The notes beneath the pieces are model-generated. The model saw only the letters and a program-made list of their open reading frames with translations. It was not told the DNA's origin and did no database searches. From an uncultured Verrucomicrobiae bacterium (GTDB lineage: Bacteria; Verrucomicrobiota; Verrucomicrobiia; Chthoniobacterales; Chthoniobacteraceae): 64,000 bases of DNA. Location of the stretch: the NCBI GenBank assembly GCA_963828525.1, contig CAWHEP010000008.1, forward strand, positions 192,001-256,000. Reading direction: 5' to 3'. Position numbers and translations under genes: made by a program. Shown in pieces: positions 10,654-19,824 of the stretch (the first letter of the stretch is position 1; each line of letters begins with the position of its first letter).

Positions 10654-12333
10654 TTAATGAACCAGGTCGACGCTCGGTATTTCGTAGGGAAAACTGATCC
10701 GACCGCACGATTCGCTTGTGAAAAAAACGATTTCCGCCCCGTCGAGCCAATCTGCGGGTATAGGGTCCTTAGCATGCGCGTAGTTGGCTTTTATCGATTC
10801 CATAGTCGAGACGCCGTTTAGCATTACGGGTCGTTGCAGATGATGAGTTTCAAGATTGTTGCCATAGCTTTCAGCGCCATTGTCGATCAGGCACTCGCCC
10901 TTGCGACGATTGATCACGAGCCAGGATAGATTTTCCCATTCCTGCCAGCCGGGAACGTCTCCACGCAGCGTCAGCGGCATGTATTGCTTGACGATCCGGA
11001 AGGTGATCCTGCTTGGGTCGGCTTCCACCTGTTGTAAGGCGTAACGTCGGCGCGGCAGGTTTAATACCGCTCCGGACTTAAGCGGAAGGGTACGAAGAAT
11101 GAAGGCGCGACCGACAGTGAAAGTCACCACACCCTTGATAGAGACGCCCGTCAGATCTTCGTCTCGATAGCGGTCGGGCAGGTAGTGGAAGGCCCGAAAG
11201 CCCTCATCCTGCCAACGCCTGGGCCATCCCGACATCGGCGTAAATCCGGCGAGTTGCTGCCTTAGATTATCTCCGACCCATCCACTGCCCAAGACCGCTC
11301 CCTGATATATGCCATAGCCTTTGTAAGATGACGAAAGCTTGCGCCCGGACCGCAAGGTCGCCTCGGCTTCGCCTCCGGTTTGAGCGAAAAAGTAGGGCGC
11401 ATCCAGCCCACTTAACCCGCCGAATAGATCAACGTTTTCGGTTGTGACATTGTTCCATCCCGAACCCGTGACATTAGCGGGATGTCCGGGCAGTCTTTCA
11501 ATATTGAATCGGATTTTATCGCGAAGTGCTGGCGCGAGTTCCGGCACCTGCCTCGGCTGGTCGGCAAAGATTACGCTTAGATTGATTGGCCAATAGAGCC
11601 AGAGCAGGACACTGAGAAACAATCCGCTACCCAGAGCGGCAAAACTGTCCTTGAAGGGCCGTTTGCCATAGCAGGAAATGGCTCCCACCGCTCCTGTAAA
11701 TGCCAATCCAATATTGAACATCAGCCATCGGCAGTGATCGAGCTGATACGAAAACTCAGTCGGATTGGGAGGAGGCGTTACGCTGGCTCGCCTTATATAG
11801 TCGGCGAAAACAAGGCTGCCGATGCCGATCAAAACAGCGCCTCCGGCAATGGCCATCATCACGGAAGTTAGCTTCCGAAGAAAAAATGTTGGAACGGCAG
11901 CGACGGTCAGAAGGGCAATGGCAGAGATCGTCCTTTCAACGATGAATAACACCTGATCGAGAAGATCGAACTGCATGCCGAGCGCATACATGGTGCCCAA
12001 GGATTCAATCCAGATCGGAACCAAGAGAAACGCGCCTGCAAACAGAACCTTGCTGGTAAGCAGAACGGACCAGTCCACCGGTCGCGTGGCCAGAAAGCGC
12101 ATGGATCGTCCCGGAGGATCGAGCAGAATGACGCGAATCAGGATCATGACGTAGACGAATTCGAAGACGCCCATGGCCCCAATCATGAAGGCGTTCGTCT
12201 CAACCGGGCCGGAACTTATAGACCGGGCGCCAATGGGCAGAAGCAGCGCCAGCAGCCAAAGCATGGCCAGCCAACCACGCTGATGTCGCAGGTCCTTAAT
12301 CAACAGATGCCGAATAAGCGCAGGCCGGTTCAT
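10654..12333 (-). CDS. ABC-2-type permease with large extracytoplasmic C-terminal domain
   Basis: IRHLLIKDLR start, RFLATRPV, multiple TMs; paralogue of 8101-9714. Confidence 0.7.
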   Translation of the reverse strand: MNRPALIRHLLIKDLRHQRGWLAMLWLLALLLPIGARSISSGPVETNAFMIGAMGVFEFVYVMILIRVILLDPPGRSMRFLATRPVDWSVLLTSKVLFAGAFLLVPIWIESLGTMYALGMQFDLLDQVLFIVERTISAIALLTVAAVPTFFLRKLTSVMMAIAGGAVLIGIGSLVFADYIRRASVTPPPNPTEFSYQLDHCRWLMFNIGLAFTGAVGAISCYGKRPFKDSFAALGSGLFLSVLLWLYWPINLSVIFADQPRQVPELAPALRDKIRFNIERLPGHPANVTGSGWNNVTTENVDLFGGLSGLDAPYFFAQTGGEAEATLRSGRKLSSSYKGYGIYQGAVLGSGWVGDNLRQQLAGFTPMSGWPRRWQDEGFRAFHYLPDRYRDEDLTGVSIKGVVTFTVGRAFILRTLPLKSGAVLNLPRRRYALQQVEADPSRITFRIVKQYMPLTLRGDVPGWQEWENLSWLVINRRKGECLIDNGAESYGNNLETHHLQRPVMLNGVSTMESIKANYAHAKDPIPADWLDGAEIVFFTSESCGRISFPYEIPSVDLVH

Positions 12334-12713
12334 AAGCGTTTCATTTTGCGGGCTTGTTTTTGGATGAATAAGAAGACCTGTTCTTCGTTGAGTCCGAGAC
12401 GAGACGCTTCAATGAGGAGTTTTTCGACAATCGGCTCCAGCGCGCGGGCCAGTTCGCGACGGTCTGCAGCCACCGTTTGGGCAACAAAACTGCCCTGTCC
12501 GGAACGAATCTCAAGGACACCTTCGGCGACCAGCGAACTGACTGCCTTTTGGACAGTGTTAGGATTGATCTTCAATTCGGCGCTGATGGCGCGAACTGCG
12601 GGAAAACGGTCTCCCGCCCTGAGATGCTCCGTAACTAAGGCGCGCTTTACCGCGTGAACGATCTGCTCGTAGATCGGCTGGCCAGCCTGAAGTTGGATTG
12701 GAAACGGAAGCAC
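12330..12713 (-). CDS. GntR family, YtrA-subfamily regulator
   Basis: PIYEQI...LRAGDRFPAVRAISAELKINPNTVQKA...GQGSFV; short C-terminus; heads an ABC operon. Confidence 0.9.
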   Translation of the reverse strand: MLPFPIQLQAGQPIYEQIVHAVKRALVTEHLRAGDRFPAVRAISAELKINPNTVQKAVSSLVAEGVLEIRSGQGSFVAQTVAADRRELARALEPIVEKLLIEASRLGLNEEQVFLFIQKQARKMKRL

Positions 12714-12718
12714 TAGAG

Positions 12719-12741
12719 GTGTATTACGTGCACTAACACAC
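12719..12741. promoter_or_regulatory. Putative YtrA/GntR operator
   Basis: Imperfect inverted repeat GTGTATTA-N7-TAACACAC 5 nt upstream of the GntR GTG start. Confidence 0.65.
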
Positions 12742-13045
12742 GCATGCAACCTTTTTCTGATTTTCCAGGAGGGCCGGTGGTGCTATTTAGCTCGAATCGC
12801 TTCGTTAAGAGAGTTTACCAATCCATCTTCGTCCTGCATCGCCTGCCCATGACCTTCAATTCCTTAAGCAAGCCCGTTTGCTTCTTTGGGCTGGCTTCAT
12901 GTTCTCTCAATTCCGCAGTGGCGGACGCAATCATTCAATCGGCGGCAGCGGTCATACGCCTACCCCTATTATCGGTGGAGATTTGCCGTCCAAGTGCTCG
13001 CGTTCTGCCTTGTCAGCGTCGGCTTTCATTATCACGCTGGTTCAC

Positions 13046-13426
13046 ATGATTGCACCTTGTCGCAAAGTTATCCGGGGTTTCCTATTTCGAATCATCGCCG
13101 TAATTTCCCTATCCCTACTCTCTCCTGCGGTGGCCCAATCACCGGTTCAGGACGCACAGGCGAAGGCCGTTAAGTTGCATCCCGATCTTGCGGTAAAGGG
13201 ATCACCTCTCAACGCGAAGTTTGTTTCCGAATATCACCGACTCCAGACAACGAACCCTGACTTTTCCACGAATCCGTCCTGGCCGATTACCTTGGCAAAG
13301 GAGTGTTCCGATGCGTTGAATGCACCCATAAACGGAGCGGTTGATCAACCGACCGGTCCTGTCGATCAGAATCCAAAAAACTTATCGCAGGCCCATATAC
13401 AGTTCCGTCCAGTCTCATGGGTTTAG
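13046..13426 (+). CDS. Hypothetical secreted protein
   Basis: Signal-peptide-like N-terminus ending AVA|QS, then AVKLHPDLAVKGSPLNAKFV...PSWPITLAKE segment. Confidence 0.55.
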   Translation: MIAPCRKVIRGFLFRIIAVISLSLLSPAVAQSPVQDAQAKAVKLHPDLAVKGSPLNAKFVSEYHRLQTTNPDFSTNPSWPITLAKECSDALNAPINGAVDQPTGPVDQNPKNLSQAHIQFRPVSWV

Positions 13427-13626
13427 CTGTCCTTGTCCTGTTTTGGGTCGCAGTCGGATTTTCGTTTTTTGTCCTCAGCGCCGGAACGGCGATGAGTTTT
13501 ACTGCGTTCTGGTTCCTCGGGGTGGTTGTCGCCTCCAACCTGCACATTGCGCCGTACTTTTTTCTTACGTATGAGGCGTTGTTGGCGGCGACCCTTTGCA
13601 TCATGCTCAAGAGTGAGTGGTCTTGA
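13417..13626 (+). CDS. Small hydrophobic membrane protein (possibly frameshifted tail of the upstream ORF)
   Basis: 69 aa, almost entirely hydrophobic; overlaps the upstream stop. Confidence 0.35.
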   Translation: MGLAVLVLFWVAVGFSFFVLSAGTAMSFTAFWFLGVVVASNLHIAPYFFLTYEALLAATLCIMLKSEWS

Positions 13627-13734
13627 TTTTATTCGGAACAAATGCGCTCGCGGCCCCGCCTTTGTAAATTACGTCAAGTTCTTCCTCCCGAAGATTTTCC
13701 TCGACCAGCAGGGATATCTCGCTCTTGTCTCATC

Positions 13735-13848
13735 AGGCCGACGTCAAATCGTATCGGGTTATCTATCGCGTCACTCATGGCCAGCAACGCGTCGAGATTA
13801 TCCGATTCTGGCACGCCGCAGCGCGGAACTCCAGAAATTCAAACCTAA
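13735..13848 (+). pseudogene. RelE/ParE toxin C-terminal remnant
   Basis: KSYRVIYRVTHGQQRVEIIRFWHAA continuing as RGTPEIQT* in another frame; no intact N-terminus or antitoxin. Confidence 0.65.
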
Positions 13849-13887
13849 AGCGTAGGCGGTCGAGGACTGAGCGAGGGGTCGGGGCGT

Positions 13888-14352
13888 CTAGCTGGCGTCT
13901 GAAAGGGAATGAAGTTGCACCCATTGATTTGCATCGTGATCCAAGAAATAATCCTCCATCGTAAGTTGACCCGTGTCGATCATTTGTTGGATCGTTGAAA
14001 CAGGAAACTCGCCAAGATCTTCGCCGTTTTTCGCGATTCGGTATTGCCGCTCTGCGGTAGGAGTCCGCAAAGGAGGAGGAGGTGTTGGCCTTTGGGTGCC
14101 CGGCAATTGCTGCGGTTGCTGCGCTGTCTGTTCTTGGAGCATCCGCTTTGCGATCGGTGAACCGAGCGGAATCATGTTCCCGCTACCGCATTTTGGGCAA
14201 GCGTCGTAACGGGATGTGATACGCCAGATGGAGTAAATAATGCCCGGAAGGATAAATGATAACCACAACAAGATTTCTATTAAAAAGCTGCCTTTCGTGA
14301 CACGCTTGGTCACTCCGACGAACCCGCATGTGGTGCATAGTCTTTTCGCCAT
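13888..14352 (-). CDS. Zn-ribbon/TM protein with C-terminal GYF_2 (DUF4339)-like domain
   Basis: CTTC...TM...CPKC, Pro/Gln linker, YRIAKNGEDLGEFPVSTIQQMIDTGQLTMEDYFLD...W. Confidence 0.7.
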   Translation of the reverse strand: MAKRLCTTCGFVGVTKRVTKGSFLIEILLWLSFILPGIIYSIWRITSRYDACPKCGSGNMIPLGSPIAKRMLQEQTAQQPQQLPGTQRPTPPPPLRTPTAERQYRIAKNGEDLGEFPVSTIQQMIDTGQLTMEDYFLDHDANQWVQLHSLSDAS

Positions 14353-14521
14353 TTTTCGTAACTTTTTGAGTCGGGAAACCCGCGTTTCAAACGCGCGAGC
14401 AACGCCCAACTTTAGATTCGGTGAGCGTCAATCGGCGAAAACATGAGGCGGTCTTACTGGCCGGAAGCATAACACTCAAGCCGAAACCCGAATGTACTTG
14501 GTGAAAGTGCGCCAAAATCGA

Positions 14522-14946
14522 TCAGGCCCGCCTCGAAATCCATTCCAGCCTCTCGATCTCCGCGCTACGCAGCCCCGCAAACGCGCCTATTGCCCAATAG
14601 GGGAGCGTTTCCACCTCTGCACACTCCAAGAGGCGCGCCGTCTCGGCAACCGTAAGGATTTCGATTTCCCCGGCGCGTTCCTTTGCCCTTTCCACGTCGG
14701 CAATCGGATTCTCGGCGGTGTAGCCCTGCCTCTTGGCGAAAACGAACAGGTCGAGACTCTGCGGCGGACGGTGTTCCGGGGGACGGGGCCAACTTTGAGA
14801 CTGCGAAGCCATGCCGAGACGTCTTTCGCGGTGAGTGCGGCGATCATCTGGTCGCCAAGCCGGTCCGGGCGAAGTTTCCAAGACGGATTCGCAAATCGTG
14901 CAGGTATGCGGCGCTCATACCGATCCGTCTTGCGAGCGGCGAACAA
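14522..14946 (-). pseudogene. Tyrosine recombinase/integrase remnant, frameshifted and truncated
   Basis: Core-binding segment LTAKDVSAWLRSL...RNTVRRRVST joins another frame LFVFAKRQGY..ENP...AFAGLRSAEIERLEW (box I Arg); box II missing. Confidence 0.85.
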
Positions 14947-15134
14947 CGAATTTCAAACGGGGATGCGCGTAAGGCTTGATGCGAAACGCCTTTTTACTCT
15001 TTGCGATAAATTGCAACTTGTTGCCACTTTTGCAAGCGATTTCCGTGGTTAACGTTTTTAGGCCGGAGTATGCGTGCGAATGGGAAAAGCTCTCAAAGCC
15101 TGCATTCATGAGGGTTTCAGCGCATTTCCAGAGA

Positions 15135-15207
15135 TGGGTTGGCTGGGACTCGAACCCAGGACCAATGCCTTAAAAGGGCACTGCTCTACCAACTGAGCTA
15201 CCAACCC
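15135..15207 (-). tRNA. tRNA-Lys(UUU)
   Basis: GGGTTGGTAGCTCAGTTGGTAGAGCAGTGCCCTTTTAAGGCATTGGTCCTGGGTTCGAGTCCCAGCCAACCCA; anticodon TTT; CCA not encoded. Confidence 0.97.
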
Positions 15208-15335
15208 GTTTCCAAGGAAGACGCGACTGGAACCTCGCGCCTCCTTTTGGGGAGCGTTTTAGATAAGTCATCCCGTGGTTCGAGACAAGGAGCAATTTCT
15301 GAGGGTTCGTTCGTGCGCACAGGAATGCGAGCGTA

Positions 15336-17147
15336 TTATGAAGATCCCCCCCCGGCTGGCAATCCTACGAGCCACTTCGAGACGATCACGCCCGCTTCTT
15401 CGGCGCGGTGATCCGGGAGCGCTACCCGGCGGCAGTGGAGTTTGCCGTCGTTCATCGTCGCGAGGAACTCGACGCGCGCGCCGATGCCTTCGATCGTCGT
15501 GATTACTCGGTCGATTGCGGCGATCTTTGTTCCTTCTTTCTCCAGCCATTGCTTGAACGCCTCCTCCGGGATGGCGGTTTCCTGCCAGAAGGCTGCTTCG
15601 TCGACCGGCAGTTCCGCGCAACGGGTGGTCACGAAAGCGCGATCCAGGAATGAAAGTAGATTGCCTGCTTTAGGACCGGAGTCGCGGTCCAAAAGGACTT
15701 TGTAGATGGCCTTGAACGCGGAGGGCTGATCGATTGGCGTGAGTCGCGCCGCGTTGAAAACGCAGGCCTGCAAAGCATCGCCAATCCATTCGGTGGCGGG
15801 GAGCAGGCTCGCAAAAATGCGCAAGAAGCCCTTCTGCGCGGCAGAGAGAGCGCGGGCGCTTTCGGGCAGGGTTTCGCGCAAGCGAGTCTTTTCGGCTTCG
15901 GTCGCGTAGTTATCGACCCAATACCGTGCCGCTCGCATGCGGAGGTGGAGGTGTTTTAAGTCGAGTTCCGTGAAAGGGGAGCCTTTTCGCTTTTCAAGCT
16001 CCCGCGCCACGTCGAGATGAGGCATCTGGATGATGGCTGTAACGAGCTGGAAATCGGCTGTCCAATGATCCGGTTCCACGGCGACCCGCGATAGTTCGTA
16101 CACGCGCTTCTCGTCATCGCCGATGGCGGGCTCGTGGAAATAGCGGTGGTGATATTTGTCGAACTCGTTGAACAGTTTGACTATGTGCGCTTCACCAGGC
16201 TCGAAGTTCACTGTGTGCTTCGGCAGGGGGCGGATGAGGAGGAAGCGGAGGATTTCAGGCGGCAGGAAGTCAGCCATGTCGCGCGAAGTGACACCGATGC
16301 CCCGCGACGAACTCATCTTCGCTCCGCCGACGAGAAAGAAGTCGTAGGGGCAGTTCATCGGCGGCTGCCCGCCAAAGATGGCGCGCAAACAGGCGATGGC
16401 AACGTCGCGGGAGCCGCCCTTGGTACTGTGATCGCGGCCCGCGCCTTCGATCGTGACCGGAAACGTCCGCCACTTCGCGCACCACTCCAGCTTCCAGGGC
16501 AGCTTCCCCCTGCCATCGAACGGAGAGGTCTTCCCCCGGTAGCCGCACCCGCGCGCCCATTTCACCAAATCCGGCTTGCACTCGTACGTCACCTCATTCC
16601 CGTCGTAAGAGGACACCACGGTGGTGCCGACGCGTCCGCAGTTTTCACAGATCGTCTGGAAGGGATGCCAATGCTCATCGCGGTCCGAGCCGCTCACCTC
16701 CTTATAGATTCGCCGAACGTCCGCCGCGCGGCGCAGGATCATGTCAATCGCCTCATTAAATTTGCCGGATCGGTAGATATCGCGCATCCGGTAGAACTCT
16801 GGCTGCACCCCTAATTCCGCGAAGACCTGCCAGAATTCGGTGATGTAATGCTCCGCCATGTCGGTGGCAGGCGATCCCGGTGGTGGAGGAACGTTGCAAA
16901 GCGGGGCGCCGAGGTATTTTTCGAAATGCTCAGCCTGCCCGTAAGGAATCTCATCGACCGGGTCATAGTCGTCGCAGCCGAAAAGGTAGCGGACTGGCAC
17001 CCCCTTCGCTTTCAAGGTTCTGAAAAGGGCATCGTGGATTAACGGCCCGCGGAGAGCTCCTACGTGCGCGCGGCCGGAGGGCGTCTTGGAATCATTAATG
17101 GTCTGGGGAGCGTCGATCTGCTCGACGAGACGGTCACACCAAAACAT
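15336..17147 (-). CDS. lysS: Class I lysine--tRNA ligase
   Basis: TPSGRAHVG (HIGH-like), DDYDP, CENC and C..C zinc motifs, GKLPWKLEW, EGAGRDH, KMSSSRG. Confidence 0.95.
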   Translation of the reverse strand: MFWCDRLVEQIDAPQTINDSKTPSGRAHVGALRGPLIHDALFRTLKAKGVPVRYLFGCDDYDPVDEIPYGQAEHFEKYLGAPLCNVPPPPGSPATDMAEHYITEFWQVFAELGVQPEFYRMRDIYRSGKFNEAIDMILRRAADVRRIYKEVSGSDRDEHWHPFQTICENCGRVGTTVVSSYDGNEVTYECKPDLVKWARGCGYRGKTSPFDGRGKLPWKLEWCAKWRTFPVTIEGAGRDHSTKGGSRDVAIACLRAIFGGQPPMNCPYDFFLVGGAKMSSSRGIGVTSRDMADFLPPEILRFLLIRPLPKHTVNFEPGEAHIVKLFNEFDKYHHRYFHEPAIGDDEKRVYELSRVAVEPDHWTADFQLVTAIIQMPHLDVARELEKRKGSPFTELDLKHLHLRMRAARYWVDNYATEAEKTRLRETLPESARALSAAQKGFLRIFASLLPATEWIGDALQACVFNAARLTPIDQPSAFKAIYKVLLDRDSGPKAGNLLSFLDRAFVTTRCAELPVDEAAFWQETAIPEEAFKQWLEKEGTKIAAIDRVITTIEGIGARVEFLATMNDGKLHCRRVALPDHRAEEAGVIVSKWLVGLPAGGGSS

Positions 17148-17239
17148 TCGCGTATTTTAGATCAAAACCCATTTGCGGAGACCTTCCTTAGCACGGCAGG
17201 CTTGTCTCTGCACGGCATTAGAAAGGTCGCCGCGGACCT

Positions 17240-18331
17240 TCAGTCCAGCAGTTCGTACCAATTATCACGGCGGCGCGGCTCGTAACCCGCATCGCGGATG
17301 AGGCTGGAGATTTCCTCCGACTTCAGCCGAAAATGCGCGCCTGCCTGGCTGACAACGTTTTCCTCCATCATCACCGAGCCAAAGTCGTTCGCGCCGTATT
17401 TCAACGCAATTTGTCCGATCTTAGGGCCCTGCGTAACCCAGGAGCTCTGCACGTTATCGAAATTATCCAGAAAAATGCGGGAGAGCGCCTGCATGCGCAA
17501 GTATTCCGCCGCGCCAGCCGGGATTGCCTTGAGCACTGTATTTTCAGGCTGAAAAGTCCAGCAGATGAACGCCGTAAATCCGGCGGTATCGTCCTGCAGG
17601 TCTCGCAACCGTCCCAGGTGCTCTATGCGATCCTCCACAGTCTCGACATGCCCGAACATCATGGTGGCGCTCGATTTCAGGCCGAGATCGTGCGCGATTT
17701 CCATGACCTCAAGCCACTGGCTGGAATTACATTTGAGCGGTGAAATACGCTCCCTGACGCGATCCACCAGGATTTCGCCGCCGCCTCCCGGGATCGACCC
17801 CAACCCCGCCGCCTTAAAGCGCGTGATAACCTCGCGCAGCGGCATTGAGAAGACCCGCGCGAAGTGGTTGAACTCGGGAGGACTAAATCCATGCACATTG
17901 ATGTGGGGATATTTCTCCCGAATGTGGGCCAGCATATCGAGGTAGTGATCCAGTCTCAAACCGGGGTGATGCCCGCCCTGCAAAAGGATTTGCACCCCAC
18001 CGATCGCGGAGAGCTCGTCGAGCTTTTGATCCAGCGCCTCCATACTCAGGACGTAGTGGTCCGCGTCTTTTTCCGTTCTATAGAAATTGCAGAACTTGCA
18101 ATAGACGTCGCAAACGTTGGTGTAGTTGATGTTGCGATCTATGATGTATGTGACGATCTCACTACCCCTGCCCTGGTATGCGGAAGCCTTGGCGAGATTG
18201 CGCCGGGCGTTGGCGAGCTCGCCCAGTTCGGTCAGAGGCCCGTGGTAGAGATCCAAAGCTTCCCTGGGGGTAATCCGCTCTCCCGCGAGAACTTTCTCAG
18301 CAAGATCCAATTCCAGGCAGGTAGCGTCCAT
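17240..18331 (-). CDS. mqnC: Cyclic dehypoxanthinyl futalosine synthase (radical SAM)
   Basis: DRNINYTNVCDVYCKFC, PGGGGEIL, QSSWVTQG, GANDFGSVMMEENVV. Confidence 0.92.
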   Translation of the reverse strand: MDATCLELDLAEKVLAGERITPREALDLYHGPLTELGELANARRNLAKASAYQGRGSEIVTYIIDRNINYTNVCDVYCKFCNFYRTEKDADHYVLSMEALDQKLDELSAIGGVQILLQGGHHPGLRLDHYLDMLAHIREKYPHINVHGFSPPEFNHFARVFSMPLREVITRFKAAGLGSIPGGGGEILVDRVRERISPLKCNSSQWLEVMEIAHDLGLKSSATMMFGHVETVEDRIEHLGRLRDLQDDTAGFTAFICWTFQPENTVLKAIPAGAAEYLRMQALSRIFLDNFDNVQSSWVTQGPKIGQIALKYGANDFGSVMMEENVVSQAGAHFRLKSEEISSLIRDAGYEPRRRDNWYELLD

Positions 18332-18417
18332 GCAGGGAGTGTAATACCTCCGGGTTCCAGTTTCAACGCGGCGACCCCCTGCCCTTGCTCTATTCGCAAT
18401 CCGTGCGATAGGTATGG

Positions 18418-18762
18418 ATGAATAGAAATGTCTTCTCGCGTCGGGGACCCGACATTCTCACGGAAGCAATGACTTCAGCGCTCTCCGGCAAGCAATCGTT
18501 CGAATTCAAGCCTCTTTTCGATGTAATCCTTGCCGACCTCCGCGAGAGGGAGTCCTGGAAAGGCGACCAGGAGATGCTCCGGTTGCGGGTTTACGAGAAG
18601 CTTCAGAACTTCGTGCAGGGCGGCATGGTGAAGAAAGAGGGCAAGGTGTATCAGGGAAGCCCCGCTGGCATGAAGGCTCTAAAGCTCCAGATTCAGACAT
18701 GGCATCTTGAGACCGCGAATCGGCTTACCGCCTCGCGTGAACTCGCCAAGGCCAAAGCCTAG
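18418..18762 (+). CDS. Hypothetical small basic protein
   Basis: 114 aa clean ORF in an otherwise free interval; EMLRLRVYEKLQNFV helix. Confidence 0.65.
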   Translation: MNRNVFSRRGPDILTEAMTSALSGKQSFEFKPLFDVILADLRERESWKGDQEMLRLRVYEKLQNFVQGGMVKKEGKVYQGSPAGMKALKLQIQTWHLETANRLTASRELAKAKA

Positions 18763-18763
18763 C

Positions 18764-18799
18764 TCAGGCAAAGCCTGCCTGCGTGGAGCAGGCTCCTGA
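18764..18799. terminator. Possible bidirectional hairpin between convergent genes
   Basis: AGCCTGC-N9-GCAGGCT with outer TCAGG/CCTGA; no clear U-tract. Confidence 0.35.
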
Positions 18800-18802
18800 T
18801 TG

Positions 18803-19702
18803 CTAATTCAGCCGGACGGCAGGAACTCCGTCCAGACGTTTTGATAGATCGATTGGGCTGCCGATTGCCACTTCGCCAGGGTTGACCTGATACGCCCACA
18901 CTTCGAAATAGGAGAGTCGCGCCTCTCCATAAATCGTCGCGAAAGCGCCGTCCACGGCGTCCAGACCGTGAGACATCTTGATGCGCCCAATGCGAGGGAC
19001 GTTAAAGCGGGCATCGAAGATATACCAGGCACTATCCAGATAAACCTCACCATACGCGTGAAAGTCGCCCGGGGTGCCTGAATCCTGATACCCGATATCT
19101 GGCAGGTGCCCCGAGACATACCGCGCTGGCATATTGAACGCCCGGCAAAGCGCGATGCTGACGTGCGCAAAATCGCGACAGATGCCATACCCACGCGCGA
19201 TCACTTCAGAAGCGGACAGGTCGGGCCTCCCCGAACCAAATCGATATTCAATGTTATCATGCACCCAGTCACAGATCGCTTTTACCCTGTCATACCCGCT
19301 CCTGATCTGCCCGAAATGCTGCCAGGCAAAATCCATCAGCTTATCAGAGTCGCAGTAGCGACTGGGCAACGTATAGCGCAGAGCGTCGTGGGGAAGCTGA
19401 TGCACAGGCGTAGCAGCCTTTCCCGTGCCCTGGATTTCGGGCGTAGAGGAGACCGACACCAGGGCGTCGTGGAGAAATTCGTTGGTGCCGGGCTTTAGCA
19501 TGGAACGGCAAATGATATTTCCGAACGAGTCCTGGAACTCTTCCAAGGGAAGACCCTCGCCAAAGCAAAATTTTTCCACCTCCACGCGATGTCCTTCGTC
19601 CAAGCGTGGCCGCAGCATGAAGTGAATGGGAGTGGAGATCGAGGTTTCGTAGACGATCCGGCACCCTATCCTGGCGGTGAGATTAAGCGGATTCGTGTTC
19701 AT
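18803..19702 (-). CDS. Transglutaminase-like family protein
   Basis: LPSRYCDSD, GICRDFAH, PARYVSG, DFHAYGEVYL, FDA (Cys-His-Asp triad). Confidence 0.92.
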   Translation of the reverse strand: MNTNPLNLTARIGCRIVYETSISTPIHFMLRPRLDEGHRVEVEKFCFGEGLPLEEFQDSFGNIICRSMLKPGTNEFLHDALVSVSSTPEIQGTGKAATPVHQLPHDALRYTLPSRYCDSDKLMDFAWQHFGQIRSGYDRVKAICDWVHDNIEYRFGSGRPDLSASEVIARGYGICRDFAHVSIALCRAFNMPARYVSGHLPDIGYQDSGTPGDFHAYGEVYLDSAWYIFDARFNVPRIGRIKMSHGLDAVDGAFATIYGEARLSYFEVWAYQVNPGEVAIGSPIDLSKRLDGVPAVRLN

Positions 19703-19824
19703 CGCGCGCTAGCTTAGCATCGAATCGTCGAAAGGCGTAATCCGCATCGGCCAGGGAGGCGAACCTTGTTGCGGGCGCTCTGTCGGAGGTTGCAACACGC
19801 GGAGCCCATCCGTTACAAAGACTC

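Noticed and set aside
14522..14946. Integrase remnant as the IntI for the attC sites
   Set aside because: It is 14 kb away, tRNA-associated, truncated before the region carrying the IntI-specific insertion, and resembles island integrases
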